The notes below the pieces were generated by a model. It was not told the origin of the DNA. It saw only the letters and a program-made list of their open reading frames with translations, and ran no database searches. DNA of 59,534 nucleotides, counting the filler. It is 7 parts of 7 records of this genome, joined end to end, with 100 filler letters (N's around TTAATTAATTAA, not from the genome) between each part and the next. Parts side by side here need not be neighbours in the genome. Positions count along the whole stretch, not along the records: positions 8,741 to 17,439 come from SRR31156797_21514; positions 17,540 to 23,012 come from SRR31156797_21520; 5 more parts are not named here. The stretch is one strand, 5' to 3'. The first letter of the stretch is position 1. Every line of letters starts with the position of its first letter. The translations under genes were made by a program, and so were the position numbers. This document shows, in pieces, positions 10,247-18,230 of this stretch.

Positions 10247-10849
10247 ATGAATTTCTCTGAAGCATGGGTATCCGAATACATGGAACGTATGAAACCCTCC
10301 AAAGGTGTTCCTGTTGACGACGATACAACGCCGGATGAGGGTTTAGAATCAGGATTGCAGTCCCGGTGTATGGAGTATTGTAAAGACAATGGGTATCCCG
10401 TCTTCCACGATTGGTCCAGAGGAAAAAACGAAGCTGGATGGGCGGACCTTTTCATTTTCATCGAAAACAGTACCGTTGTTTTGGTCGAGCTGAAGTCAGC
10501 GGGCGGAAGACTGAGCCCAGAACAGAAACTTTTGAGGCAGATGCTGAACTGGCTGGGGCATACGGTCTACGTATGTCGAAGCAACGTAGGGTTTGGCCGG
10601 ATTATGGCAGCCGCAAAAGCCCGAAGCAGAAAAGATCCAGTTGATCAGACATGGGCGGACTGTAACAAACAATTACAGGCTGCCCTTTCTACTCTCAGGG
10701 TGCTTTACCGCCGGGCCATGGATGGCGGAGATTTAAAGCCCGCAGAAACGGCGGACCTTATCAAGCGGACCCTCGACGAAATAACCCTGGAAGATGATGC
10801 TTCGCCCGATATAGGTGATTATCTCACGCGTGAATGCTGGGCTGATTGA
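10247..10849 (+). CDS. VRR-NUC (PD-(D/E)xK) nuclease with C-terminal extension
   Basis: ESGLQ...GWADL...VELKSAGGRLSPEQ...LGHTVYVCRS. Confidence 0.85.
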   Translation: MNFSEAWVSEYMERMKPSKGVPVDDDTTPDEGLESGLQSRCMEYCKDNGYPVFHDWSRGKNEAGWADLFIFIENSTVVLVELKSAGGRLSPEQKLLRQMLNWLGHTVYVCRSNVGFGRIMAAAKARSRKDPVDQTWADCNKQLQAALSTLRVLYRRAMDGGDLKPAETADLIKRTLDEITLEDDASPDIGDYLTRECWAD

Positions 10850-11163
10850 GTCACATGACACCTATGCCGTGAGTTCTTTCGGTCGCGTCCGGAATTTAGC
10901 CACGGGCCGGTTATTGAAACATCAAAGCTCAGAACGTGGAGGAAACTATGCTTTTGTCAACCTGTATCGAAACGGGAAACGTAAAAACGCAAACGTCCAT
11001 CCTGGTTGCAGCCGCGTTTTTAGGGCCCCGGCCTGAAGGGATGATCGTCCACCATAAGGATACTTCCAGGACGAATCCCAGGGTCGACAATCTGGAATAC
11101 ATCACGACTCTGGAAAACAATCAAACCTCAAACCGGGTGGGGGGATGCAAAGCTCTTGGATGA
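10830..11163 (+). pseudogene. NUMOD4-HNH homing endonuclease, frameshifted
   Basis: YAVSSFGRVRN...VNLYRNGKRKNANVH in one frame; LVAAAFLGPRPEGMIVHHKD...NPRVDNLEY...EN in another; shift near 11000. Confidence 0.8.
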
Positions 11164-11410
11164 AGCTAACGGAACTTTTAGAGGCAACCGGATAAATATT
11201 GACGGAGTGGGTGTACCCTACCAAACGCCGGAATGCCCCCCAACACCAGGCGGCCTCAAGTTCGATCAGGGAAAAGTCCAAGCTGGAGTTCTTCTGGATT
11301 TCCGCCTTGCGCTCATGGAAGTGGCAAAGGTCGGAACCTTCGGCGCTGAAAAATATGAACGGGACAGCTGGCGCGGTTTTGGAATTGAAGCTGAAAGGAG
11401 GGAAGGATGA
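11156..11410 (+). CDS. dATP/dGTP diphosphohydrolase (DUF5664)-like, apparently C-terminally truncated
   Basis: GLKFDQGK...ALMEVAKVGTFGAEKYERDSWRG then stop after 10 aa. Confidence 0.7.
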   Translation: MDEANGTFRGNRINIDGVGVPYQTPECPPTPGGLKFDQGKVQAGVLLDFRLALMEVAKVGTFGAEKYERDSWRGFGIEAERREG

Positions 11411-11490
11411 TACCTAAGTGGGATTATCTCCTTATATCGGGTTCATGCGGGATTATCGCATTGGTTTTATTCATTGTCATGTGTGTTTAA
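11407..11490 (+). CDS. 27-aa membrane peptide (not in ORF track)
   Basis: MIPKWDYLLISGSCGIIALVLFIVMCV*; GGAGGGAAGG RBS, ATGA overlap with upstream stop. Confidence 0.5.
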   Translation: MIPKWDYLLISGSCGIIALVLFIVMCV

Positions 11491-11505
11491 ACGTGTGAGG
11501 GACAT

Positions 11506-11706
11506 ATGTATTGCCCAAAATGCAAAGAAAAGCTCCAAGTAGATTCAACCCGGAACATTGAGGGTGTTTGCGGATTGACGTTCCGCTATCGGTATTGTCC
11601 AAATTGCGGTCGCGTGGTGGAAACTGGGGAGGAAATTATTCGGGTGATACGAGAGGGGACGGTCCCGGAATCGGTAGTGGAAGAAAGGGAAATCGAGGAG
11701 ATGTGA
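11506..11706 (+). CDS. Zinc-ribbon protein (Ogr/Delta- or NrdR-N-like)
   Basis: MYCPKC...VDSTR...RYRYCPNCG...ETGE; GAGG RBS. Confidence 0.7.
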   Translation: MYCPKCKEKLQVDSTRNIEGVCGLTFRYRYCPNCGRVVETGEEIIRVIREGTVPESVVEEREIEEM

Positions 11707-11716
11707 GGGGGACAGT

Positions 11717-12379
11717 ATGCCACACAATTTTGAAAAAATAGGGATTAAGGCAAAAAAGAGTATGTTCTTGGCAAATCTGATCCCTAACCAGTTCAATATT
11801 GCACAGACCTGTAGGGATGTCGGAATAAACCGGAAAACCTTTTACAGATGGTGCAAAAGTCCGAAATTCAAAGAGAAGGTCGGAGAAATCATGGAAGAAC
11901 GCGGGGACCTAATTGAAGCGGCGATTTTCGACAATGCCACATTAGGGAAAGACACAATCGCTCAGATATTCTTATGCAAAACCATTTTGAAAAAACGCGG
12001 ATATTACGAGGGGACCCCAGCGCCTGTTGAAGAAAAGCCCAGCGAGAAAGCCATCGAACTGTTAGCCAGCCTGATAGACGGGCAGGAAGACGTGAAAACG
12101 GTTGCTTTGGAGTTTACGAAGGCCGGCATCCCCTTACCTGAAGCAATCAAGATCCTTCTTTCGAAGGAACCGCCGGAAGAGGAAGAGGTGGACGAAACTG
12201 AAGGGATGCCGACTGAGGAAGAACTCGAAGAACGTGGCCGGAAGGCCATGGAGGATTACAACCGGCAAATTGGTACTTTTGTTCCGGAAAGACGGGCCGA
12301 AGTAGAGGAGATAAAAGAAGAACTGAAAGACCAAGATTCTTTTGCTGAAGAGGCGATTGGCAACGGGGAGGCTTCGTAA
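11717..12379 (+). CDS. Terminase small subunit; N-terminal HTH, C-terminal half resembling P1 PacA
   Basis: NIAQTCRDVGINRKTFYRW HTH; GMPTEEELEERGR...FVPERRAEV recalls PacA C-terminus; overlaps terminase large gene. Confidence 0.8.
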   Translation: MPHNFEKIGIKAKKSMFLANLIPNQFNIAQTCRDVGINRKTFYRWCKSPKFKEKVGEIMEERGDLIEAAIFDNATLGKDTIAQIFLCKTILKKRGYYEGTPAPVEEKPSEKAIELLASLIDGQEDVKTVALEFTKAGIPLPEAIKILLSKEPPEEEEVDETEGMPTEEELEERGRKAMEDYNRQIGTFVPERRAEVEEIKEELKDQDSFAEEAIGNGEAS

Positions 12380-13844
12380 TTTGAAGCGAAAAGCCAAAAA
12401 CATCCTATCTATGGGGCAGTACCATGATTTTTGTGCGCGGTATCGCCACAACCTTTATCGGTACGCTGTTGAAGCATGTTCCATGGTCCCCACCTGGCAG
12501 CAAGTGCCAGCTATGCAGGCCATCCAAGAACCGGGTTCACGGGTCGCTATTTCGAGCGGCCATGGAACAGGGAAATCGCGGATGTACGCCGTCATATGTG
12601 ATTGGATGTTAAGGACGTATACATTTTCAAACACACTGCTTACTGCCACAAATATTGAGCAGGTCCGGTCGGTTGTTTGGAAAGAGCTAGAGGACCTTCT
12701 ACCCGTTGTCGATGGTAATTTTCCGTGGATGCAAGGTCATTTCATCAAAGAAACTAAGCGGTATTACGGGAAAGGAAAAAAAGATTCCTGGTACGTTCTC
12801 CCCAGGACGGCGCCAAAGCATAAGCCGGATTCGATGTCAGGCCAGCATCGGGATTGGTACACCGTCCTGGTTGATGAAGCAGCAGGCGTGGATGACCCAA
12901 TTCTTGGGGTCTTAAAGGGTGCTTTGACCGACAAACGCAACCGCTTTGCCATGGTTTCTCAGCCGATGCGTTCAAGTGGCCATTTTGCGGACGCATTTAC
13001 AACCCTGTCAGACATTTACAAGACGTTCTATTTCAATGCGGAAGAAAGCCCCCTGGTTTCCAAGGAATTCATCAGGGAAAAGCTGATTGAATACGGTGGT
13101 CACCATTCGCCAGAATACCAGATCAAAGTGCTGGGCCGGTTTCCTGATAACCTTTCCGGGTTCCTGATCCCTCGTCATTGGTGTCTGGATTCTCAGCAAC
13201 TTAAAATCATTCACCCGACCGAATGGGGGTGGGTGATCACGGTTGATGTGGGGGAAGGGGTTTATCGAGATTCCAGCGTTTACACGATTGGCAGGGTCTC
13301 AGGGTACGATGAAAACCGTATGATGGACCCGATTGAATCCGTTGAAAGAAACGATGTTGATCCGAAGCGATGGGGACAGGAAGTCCACCAACGGGCGCTT
13401 GATCTCCCAAATGTGACCATTGCCGTTGACAGTGACGGCCCGGGCCTGGCCACGGCCATTGAGCTCGAGGACCTTGGGCATGATGTAGTCCGGATCCACT
13501 GGGGGCGCCCTCCTCATGCAGACAAAGATAAAAAGCGGTATCAGGACCAACGCGCCTATGCGTGTGTGCAGGCGCGGCAAGGTATTTTTGAAGGCAGGAT
13601 GAAATTGGCCCCGGGTGGCAAGGTTGTCGATCAGGCATCAAAGATCCCCTATTCTTTTGACCGACGCGGGCGCTATGTGATCATGCCCAAACAGCAAATG
13701 GCGTCACAGGGGATTAGATCCCCGGATATTTTCGATACGCACTGTTTCTTTTTCCTATGCGACTACGTGCCGGCAGGGGAAGAGGCGAACACTGAAGAAA
13801 AAGACGAACTCTTGAAATGGGCTGAGGAGATATTGGAAGGATGA
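12342..13844 (+). CDS. pacB: Terminase large subunit, P1 PacB-like
   Basis: PTWQQ, Walker A SGHGTGKS, Walker B VLVDEAAG, NAEESPLV, WGWVITVDV, ASKIP, SPDIFDT; start may be TTG at ~12357. Confidence 0.9.
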   Translation: MLKRRLATGRLRNLKRKAKNILSMGQYHDFCARYRHNLYRYAVEACSMVPTWQQVPAMQAIQEPGSRVAISSGHGTGKSRMYAVICDWMLRTYTFSNTLLTATNIEQVRSVVWKELEDLLPVVDGNFPWMQGHFIKETKRYYGKGKKDSWYVLPRTAPKHKPDSMSGQHRDWYTVLVDEAAGVDDPILGVLKGALTDKRNRFAMVSQPMRSSGHFADAFTTLSDIYKTFYFNAEESPLVSKEFIREKLIEYGGHHSPEYQIKVLGRFPDNLSGFLIPRHWCLDSQQLKIIHPTEWGWVITVDVGEGVYRDSSVYTIGRVSGYDENRMMDPIESVERNDVDPKRWGQEVHQRALDLPNVTIAVDSDGPGLATAIELEDLGHDVVRIHWGRPPHADKDKKRYQDQRAYACVQARQGIFEGRMKLAPGGKVVDQASKIPYSFDRRGRYVIMPKQQMASQGIRSPDIFDTHCFFFLCDYVPAGEEANTEEKDELLKWAEEILEG

Positions 13845-14215
13845 ACATTCGAATTAAAGCCGCCAGGGAGATTTCAGCGGAATATCAGTGCCCCATGGTT
13901 GTGGTTTTCGCCATAGATGAGGCCGGAACCCAGCATGTAACCACTTACGGCCAGACTGTCAGTGATTCAAGATGTGCCGCCACAGCAGGGAACCGACTGA
14001 AAGCTCATTTGGGTTGGCCGGATGATTTATGCAAGGCAAAGCCGGTAGAGCGTATTTGTGGGAATTGCAGGTTTTTTGAGCCGGATTACGGCTATCACTG
14101 TTTCAACGGATGGAGCGGTGATGGATCGAGAGGTGAATGTTTGTCCGAGCCCGTGAAAGTCAAACGCGGGCGCGATGACACGGCCTGCAAGCATTTTGAA
14201 GGCAAGGATTGGTGA
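13841..14215 (+). CDS. Hypothetical phage protein, Cys-rich C-terminus
   Basis: ATGA overlap with terminase stop; CGNCRFF...C...CKHF. Confidence 0.7.
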   Translation: MNIRIKAAREISAEYQCPMVVVFAIDEAGTQHVTTYGQTVSDSRCAATAGNRLKAHLGWPDDLCKAKPVERICGNCRFFEPDYGYHCFNGWSGDGSRGECLSEPVKVKRGRDDTACKHFEGKDW

Positions 14216-14372
14216 TTCAGGATTGATGAAGGATGACCCTGAATACTATTCAGATAGTAGTCAAATGTTTGCGAAATAACGCTAATCCTTCAAAGATTTC
14301 AGTGTTATACAATTTGGCTATTCTATTCACAACCCTAGTCAACATTTAGCAATTTAAGGGAGAAATAAAAAT

Positions 14373-14669
14373 TTGAGAAGAATCGACAAAGTTTTCAAAA
14401 GCATCAAAAGCCTGAACGTCCAGAACGGTGATTTGGTTGTTTTCCATGTGGATCCCAATTCCTTCCCGCCGGAAGAGTTCCAAGAAAAGGTTGGCGCCGT
14501 CCTTGACGTCCTTGACACCCTTGCGAAAAATTTCAAGGCTGCCGGGAAAACGGATGTATCCTTCCTTGTTCTGGGCCCTAACCAGAAAGTCCGGATGGTC
14601 AGCGAAACCGACATGAATAAAAACGGATGGTTTAGGAAGGGAGCGGGCGATGGACAAGCCGCAAGTTGA
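14373..14669 (+). CDS. Hypothetical phage protein
   Basis: TTG start after AAGGGAG; 98 aa. Confidence 0.5.
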   Translation: MRRIDKVFKSIKSLNVQNGDLVVFHVDPNSFPPEEFQEKVGAVLDVLDTLAKNFKAAGKTDVSFLVLGPNQKVRMVSETDMNKNGWFRKGAGDGQAAS

Positions 14670-15057
14670 AGCATTGGCAAAACAATATGCGAAACTAGAA
14701 ACGGGGTTTAAAGGCATTTTGTTGTCTTTTGAGCGGATCTGCAAAGACGGGTTCCTTGGTTTTAAAGACGATGATGGAGTTTCCGAGCACAGCATGATCT
14801 CGGGGTTTGGTCGTACTATGTTTTTTTCGTGGAAGTTCGTAATCCACAAAGGGAAGAGTTTCGGCATTTTCAGCGTCTATGACGAGAACGATAGCCCTCC
14901 TTTTTACAATATCTATTTCCGTGGGGCCATCCCGTGCTTCATCCGGGTGCCTGAACAGGACACCGTTGAATTTTACGGGAACCATCTTATGGACATGGAG
15001 ACATTACTATCTGAAATTATCGGCGCTTTTCTGGAACAGGATTATTTTAAGCCATGA
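14650..15057 (+). CDS. Hypothetical phage protein
   Basis: GGAG RBS; ATGA overlap with next gene. Confidence 0.6.
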   Translation: MDKPQVEALAKQYAKLETGFKGILLSFERICKDGFLGFKDDDGVSEHSMISGFGRTMFFSWKFVIHKGKSFGIFSVYDENDSPPFYNIYFRGAIPCFIRVPEQDTVEFYGNHLMDMETLLSEIIGAFLEQDYFKP

Positions 15058-15722
15058 CCCAACCCATCAAGAAAATATTCGCCATATCCCTGGCGCAAAA
15101 GAAAAAGTTCAAGGGGTACGCCGTCTACAACGGTGAGCAACTGGTCTTCCAGTTGTTCAGCCAGATCAAGGGCCCCTATTCGGAATGGAAGGACTCCTTG
15201 ATCGAAGAAATCGAGGAACGGAAAAAACGGGGTTTCATCGTCCTGGTCGAGGAGCGGACCGAGCATTTTTCCCAGCATGCTACCCAATTCAACTTCGAGG
15301 ATACCGACCCGGAAGAGGGTCGCGTGAATTACTATGTTGCCCTGGACTGGTACTTCTCTTTGGAAAACATGGGGAACATCATCGTCCCGTCAGAATATCA
15401 AAATCACGCGATCAGGGAAAACCGGATTGACCGGCAGCAGGATGAAAAAGGCCGCACAAAATATAATATTGACTGGGATAAGTTCTCTGGCGCCCAAAGG
15501 ACCATCCTCCTATGTGTCATGGCGGCCGTGGGGATGAACCCGGTATCATCGGTGTACCTGGATGAATTCTTTGACGGCCTGGATGACGGGGTGGTGCCTG
15601 ATAACGACCCGTACAAGTCTTTTAAGGCGATCACGGTGGGGTACGACATTTCACGAGGCAAAAAGCTGGACAATGCGAGGAAACTCAGCAATATGAGGCG
15701 TACAAAACGTGCGACAAAATGA
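15054..15722 (+). CDS. Phage morphogenesis protein, possibly P1 PmgR-like
   Basis: KKIFAIS...QDEKG...TILLCVMAA pattern recalls P1 PmgR (from memory, weak). Confidence 0.5.
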   Translation: MTQPIKKIFAISLAQKKKFKGYAVYNGEQLVFQLFSQIKGPYSEWKDSLIEEIEERKKRGFIVLVEERTEHFSQHATQFNFEDTDPEEGRVNYYVALDWYFSLENMGNIIVPSEYQNHAIRENRIDRQQDEKGRTKYNIDWDKFSGAQRTILLCVMAAVGMNPVSSVYLDEFFDGLDDGVVPDNDPYKSFKAITVGYDISRGKKLDNARKLSNMRRTKRATK

Positions 15723-15732
15723 GGCGAATATT

Positions 15733-16026
15733 ATGGACAGATTAAGCCCGTACAATATTGCAGACCCGTTGGTCCGGGCAGAGCTATACCGGGAAATCCG
15801 AAAAGGCGACCCCACATGGCCCACATATGAAACGCAACCGGCTGAAGCACTGATGCCTGAATTGGCGGCCTATCGGCATTACGGTGTCAAGACATTGAAA
15901 TGGGTGGTCCTGGTTGCGGCCGGTGTGGATGACCCTCGGGAGAGGATGGAGTCCGGCATTACTCTTCAGCTTCCTCCGGTTCAGTGGGTCCGGCAACGGA
16001 TTCTTTATTATTTGGGGAAGGGATAA
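15733..16026 (+). CDS. Baseplate protein, P1 gp26-like (LysM/tail X-like)
   Basis: NIADPLVRAEL...PELAAYRHYG...LKWVVLVAAGVDD...LQLPPVQWVRQRI; ATG 15733 after GAGG. Confidence 0.8.
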   Translation: MDRLSPYNIADPLVRAELYREIRKGDPTWPTYETQPAEALMPELAAYRHYGVKTLKWVVLVAAGVDDPRERMESGITLQLPPVQWVRQRILYYLGKG

Positions 16027-16043
16027 GAATGACTCACAGCAGC

Positions 16044-16355
16044 TTAAGCAACTCGGGAATCGTCCGCAAGCTCTTCCCTGATGACCTTGCGAAGCGTTTC
16101 CTCCAGCCTGTTGTCTTGGACTGTAAACCCGGAATCCGCAACTTTTTTCAAGGTTTCGTTGATCAGGGTCTGATAGCCCCTTTTTCCGGCTTTGGCTTTA
16201 AAATACCGGATAACGCCGGCATCCAGCATGATGGAGATGCGCTGCTTTTTCTCAACCGGATTAAGTCCCTTGCGGAGAACCGCACGGTCAAAATCCGCCT
16301 GTGTCACTTCGGGGTATTCATCCATAGAGGTTTTTGAAATAGAGTTCTTGCTCAT
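16044..16355 (-). CDS. brnA: BrnA-family antitoxin (DUF4415)
   Basis: PEVTQADFDRA...KQRISIMLDAGVIRYFKAKAG.RGYQTLINETL RHH signature. Confidence 0.9.
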   Translation of the reverse strand: MSKNSISKTSMDEYPEVTQADFDRAVLRKGLNPVEKKQRISIMLDAGVIRYFKAKAGKRGYQTLINETLKKVADSGFTVQDNRLEETLRKVIREELADDSRVA

Positions 16356-16383
16356 GTTTATTTTCGTCCCAAGTGAATTTCAT
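16318..16383 (-). pseudogene. brnT: BrnT toxin remnant, in-frame internal deletion (21 aa)
   Basis: Manual translation MKFTWDENKHEQELYFKNLYG*: BrnT-type N-terminus joined to BrnT-type C-terminus, overlapping brnA start. Confidence 0.8.
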
Positions 16384-16390
16384 GTAGGAA

Positions 16391-16502
16391 AAGGGGGGTT
16401 TGGGGGGTTTTAGGGGTTCTATTTATCCTTACGCGGGAAAATGGCAGTGACAAAATAAGATATAGGGTGGAAACAAACCCCGCAAACCCCCCAAACCCCC
16501 TT
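16391..16502. repeat. G/C-run inverted repeat, ~28-bp arms
   Basis: AAGGGGGGTTTGGGGGGTTTTAGGGGTT ... AACCCCGCAAACCCCCCAAACCCCCTT. Confidence 0.85.
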
Positions 16503-16553
16503 AAAACCGTAATATATATGATTATATGTATATTGCCAAGCGGATACTGTGAA

Positions 16554-16572
16554 CAGTAACTGGTTATAAAGT
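16554..16572 (+). promoter_or_regulatory. Candidate P1-type late promoter (operator + -10)
   Basis: CAGTAACTG 9-bp palindrome, 4-nt spacer, TAAAGT; upstream of the operon containing gp25-like gene. Confidence 0.4.
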
Positions 16573-16595
16573 CTTTGGCAGAAAGGAGTCTTAAA

Positions 16596-16793
16596 ATGCA
16601 ATTAACAGAAGAACAAGGATTTACGATGAAAGTAGCGGAACAGGCGTATATTTCATATTGCGCGTACACTGGAAACAAGTCAGTTGTAACCGGCGATGAC
16701 TTGCCAAAATGGCAGGATCTTCCAAGTGGTGTGGTAAATGCTTGGTTCGCGGCGGCAGAAGGTACTATTGAGTTTTTGGCGTCACAAACATAA
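16596..16793 (+). CDS. Hypothetical phage protein
   Basis: AAAGGAG RBS; AYISYC...GDDLPKWQDLP...AWFAAA. Confidence 0.7.
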   Translation: MQLTEEQGFTMKVAEQAYISYCAYTGNKSVVTGDDLPKWQDLPSGVVNAWFAAAEGTIEFLASQT

Positions 16794-16836
16794 CAGGAAG
16801 CACAGCAATTTAAAACTTTTTGCGGCGGTATAACCC

Positions 16837-17229
16837 ATGGGATTCTTCGGAAAGAAACCCCAAAGACCCGGACATGAAATATTTCAAAATATAACCACAT
16901 CAGGCTGTCGATTCTGGCATAGATGGCGATTGGTTAAAGATAACGGCTTTACCAGCTATTGGGAGTGCCGGGACTGTCAAGCCCGGCAGGTTCGGCAGCC
17001 TGATAATGGATATCAACCGATTGATTGGGATTGGCTGAGGTGGAATAAATGGCCCTATTCGGAAAGAAAGACAGCAAGAAAGCAGAGTTTAAGAAATTCT
17101 CCAGGATGTTCGGGAGGATCTGGAAAAAGAAATCCCAAAAGCGCAAACAAGCCGTGGGGATCCTTCCTCCAGACATGCTGGCGAAGCGCGATAGGCTCAC
17201 CAAACACGGGAAACAAAACCTTATCCTGA
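16837..17229 (+). CDS. Hypothetical phage protein (C-H/CxxC motif); overlaps next gene
   Basis: GCRFWHRW...ECRDC; 3' 180 nt overlap with 17049 ORF makes the end uncertain. Confidence 0.45.
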   Translation: MGFFGKKPQRPGHEIFQNITTSGCRFWHRWRLVKDNGFTSYWECRDCQARQVRQPDNGYQPIDWDWLRWNKWPYSERKTARKQSLRNSPGCSGGSGKRNPKSANKPWGSFLQTCWRSAIGSPNTGNKTLS

Positions 17230-17439
17230 ATTATGGCCGAAAGGGTGGCACGGTTGAATTCACCCTGGATGAACTGGATAAAATGGCCGCCGCCCTTGAA
17301 AAGAAACAAGGGAAATTCAAGGAGGCCGAAAGGGGCGTCCAGATTGCCGCCCTACTGCGGGCATCACGGGTGCCCGTGGACATGGACGGGATCCGCAGGG
17401 GGGCCACGGACTTCACGAAAGCCAAAAGGATCCGTAACG
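17049..17439 (+). CDS. Tail protein, P1 gp25-like, truncated by gap
   Basis: GAGGTGG RBS; FSRMFGRIWKK...LNYGRKGGTVEFT...GKFK...GVQIAALLRAS recalls P1 gp25 N-terminus. Confidence 0.6.
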
Positions 17440-17539
17440 NNNNNNNNNNNNNNNNNNNNNNNNNNNNNNNNNNNNNNNNNNNNTTAATTAATTAANNNNN
17501 NNNNNNNNNNNNNNNNNNNNNNNNNNNNNNNNNNNNNNN
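17440..17539. other. Artificial contig linker
   Basis: N run with TTAATTAATTAA. Confidence 0.98.
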
Positions 17540-17541
17540 TC

Positions 17542-18210
17542 GACTGTATTTATTGCGAATGTGGCTGGAACAAGGACAGTGAAAGCGGTGGCGGAGAGCT
17601 GCCCGCCAGAAATCAGGTGCGTGATGATCTGGAAGAAAGGCTGGTTCAACTGAAGTTGGAAAACAACATTCCGGATTCGATAACTTTTGCCGGAAACGGA
17701 GAACCTACCGTGCATCCTGAGTTTCCAGGGATCATTGAAGATACGATCATGCTGCGGTCTAAATACTTTCCGCATGCCGAAATCACTGTTTTGTCGAATT
17801 CAAGCACCATTCACAAATCAGAAATTTTTGAGGCCCTCAACAGGATCGACAACAACATTCTGAAACTGGATGCAGGCCTGGAAGTCACGTTTCAAAAAAT
17901 AAACCGCCCCAGGTCAAAGGAACTCACCCTCGACAGCATCGTGCAACAACTCAGAAAGTTTCGTCAGAAAGCCATTATACAAACACTTTTTGTGCGCGGA
18001 ACGGTAGATGGTGAAGTCATCGACAACACCAAGCCTGCCGAGATCATGGCATGGCTCAACCATATCCGTTACATCAGGCCAAGATACGTGATGCTCTATC
18101 CCATCGACAGGGCCACACCGGCAAAGGGGCTTGAAGTTGTGCCCAAAGATGAACTTTACAAAATCGCTGATCAGCTCCGCGAAAACCGCATCAAATACAG
18201 TGTGTATTGA
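17542..18210 (+). CDS. Radical SAM protein, 5'-truncated
   Basis: Frame open from gap: DCIYCECG (end of CxxxCxxC), ITFAGNGEPT, VLSNS, LKLDAG. Confidence 0.9.
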   Translation, partial: DCIYCECGWNKDSESGGGELPARNQVRDDLEERLVQLKLENNIPDSITFAGNGEPTVHPEFPGIIEDTIMLRSKYFPHAEITVLSNSSTIHKSEIFEALNRIDNNILKLDAGLEVTFQKINRPRSKELTLDSIVQQLRKFRQKAIIQTLFVRGTVDGEVIDNTKPAEIMAWLNHIRYIRPRYVMLYPIDRATPAKGLEVVPKDELYKIADQLRENRIKYSVY

Positions 18211-18230
18211 TCTTTTTATAATACTGAAAA

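Larger units (their letters stand above)
8741..17439 (+). mobile_element. Phage/prophage contig with P1-like packaging and morphogenesis genes
   Basis: ssb, VRR-NUC, HNH, small and large terminase, baseplate/tail genes, dense co-directional small ORFs with SD-type RBS. Confidence 0.9.

Noticed and set aside
11156-11410. Evidence for a 2-aminoadenine (Z) or other modified-base genome
   Set aside because: Only a truncated DUF5664 domain; no purZ or datZ on the contig
11717-12000. P1-type pac site (clustered TGATCA/G)
   Set aside because: No such cluster found in the small terminase gene
16358-16900. 180-aa minus-strand ORF as the toxin partner of BrnA
   Set aside because: Translates the inverted repeat and the antisense of a real gene; no toxin motifs; the actual remnant is 16318-16383
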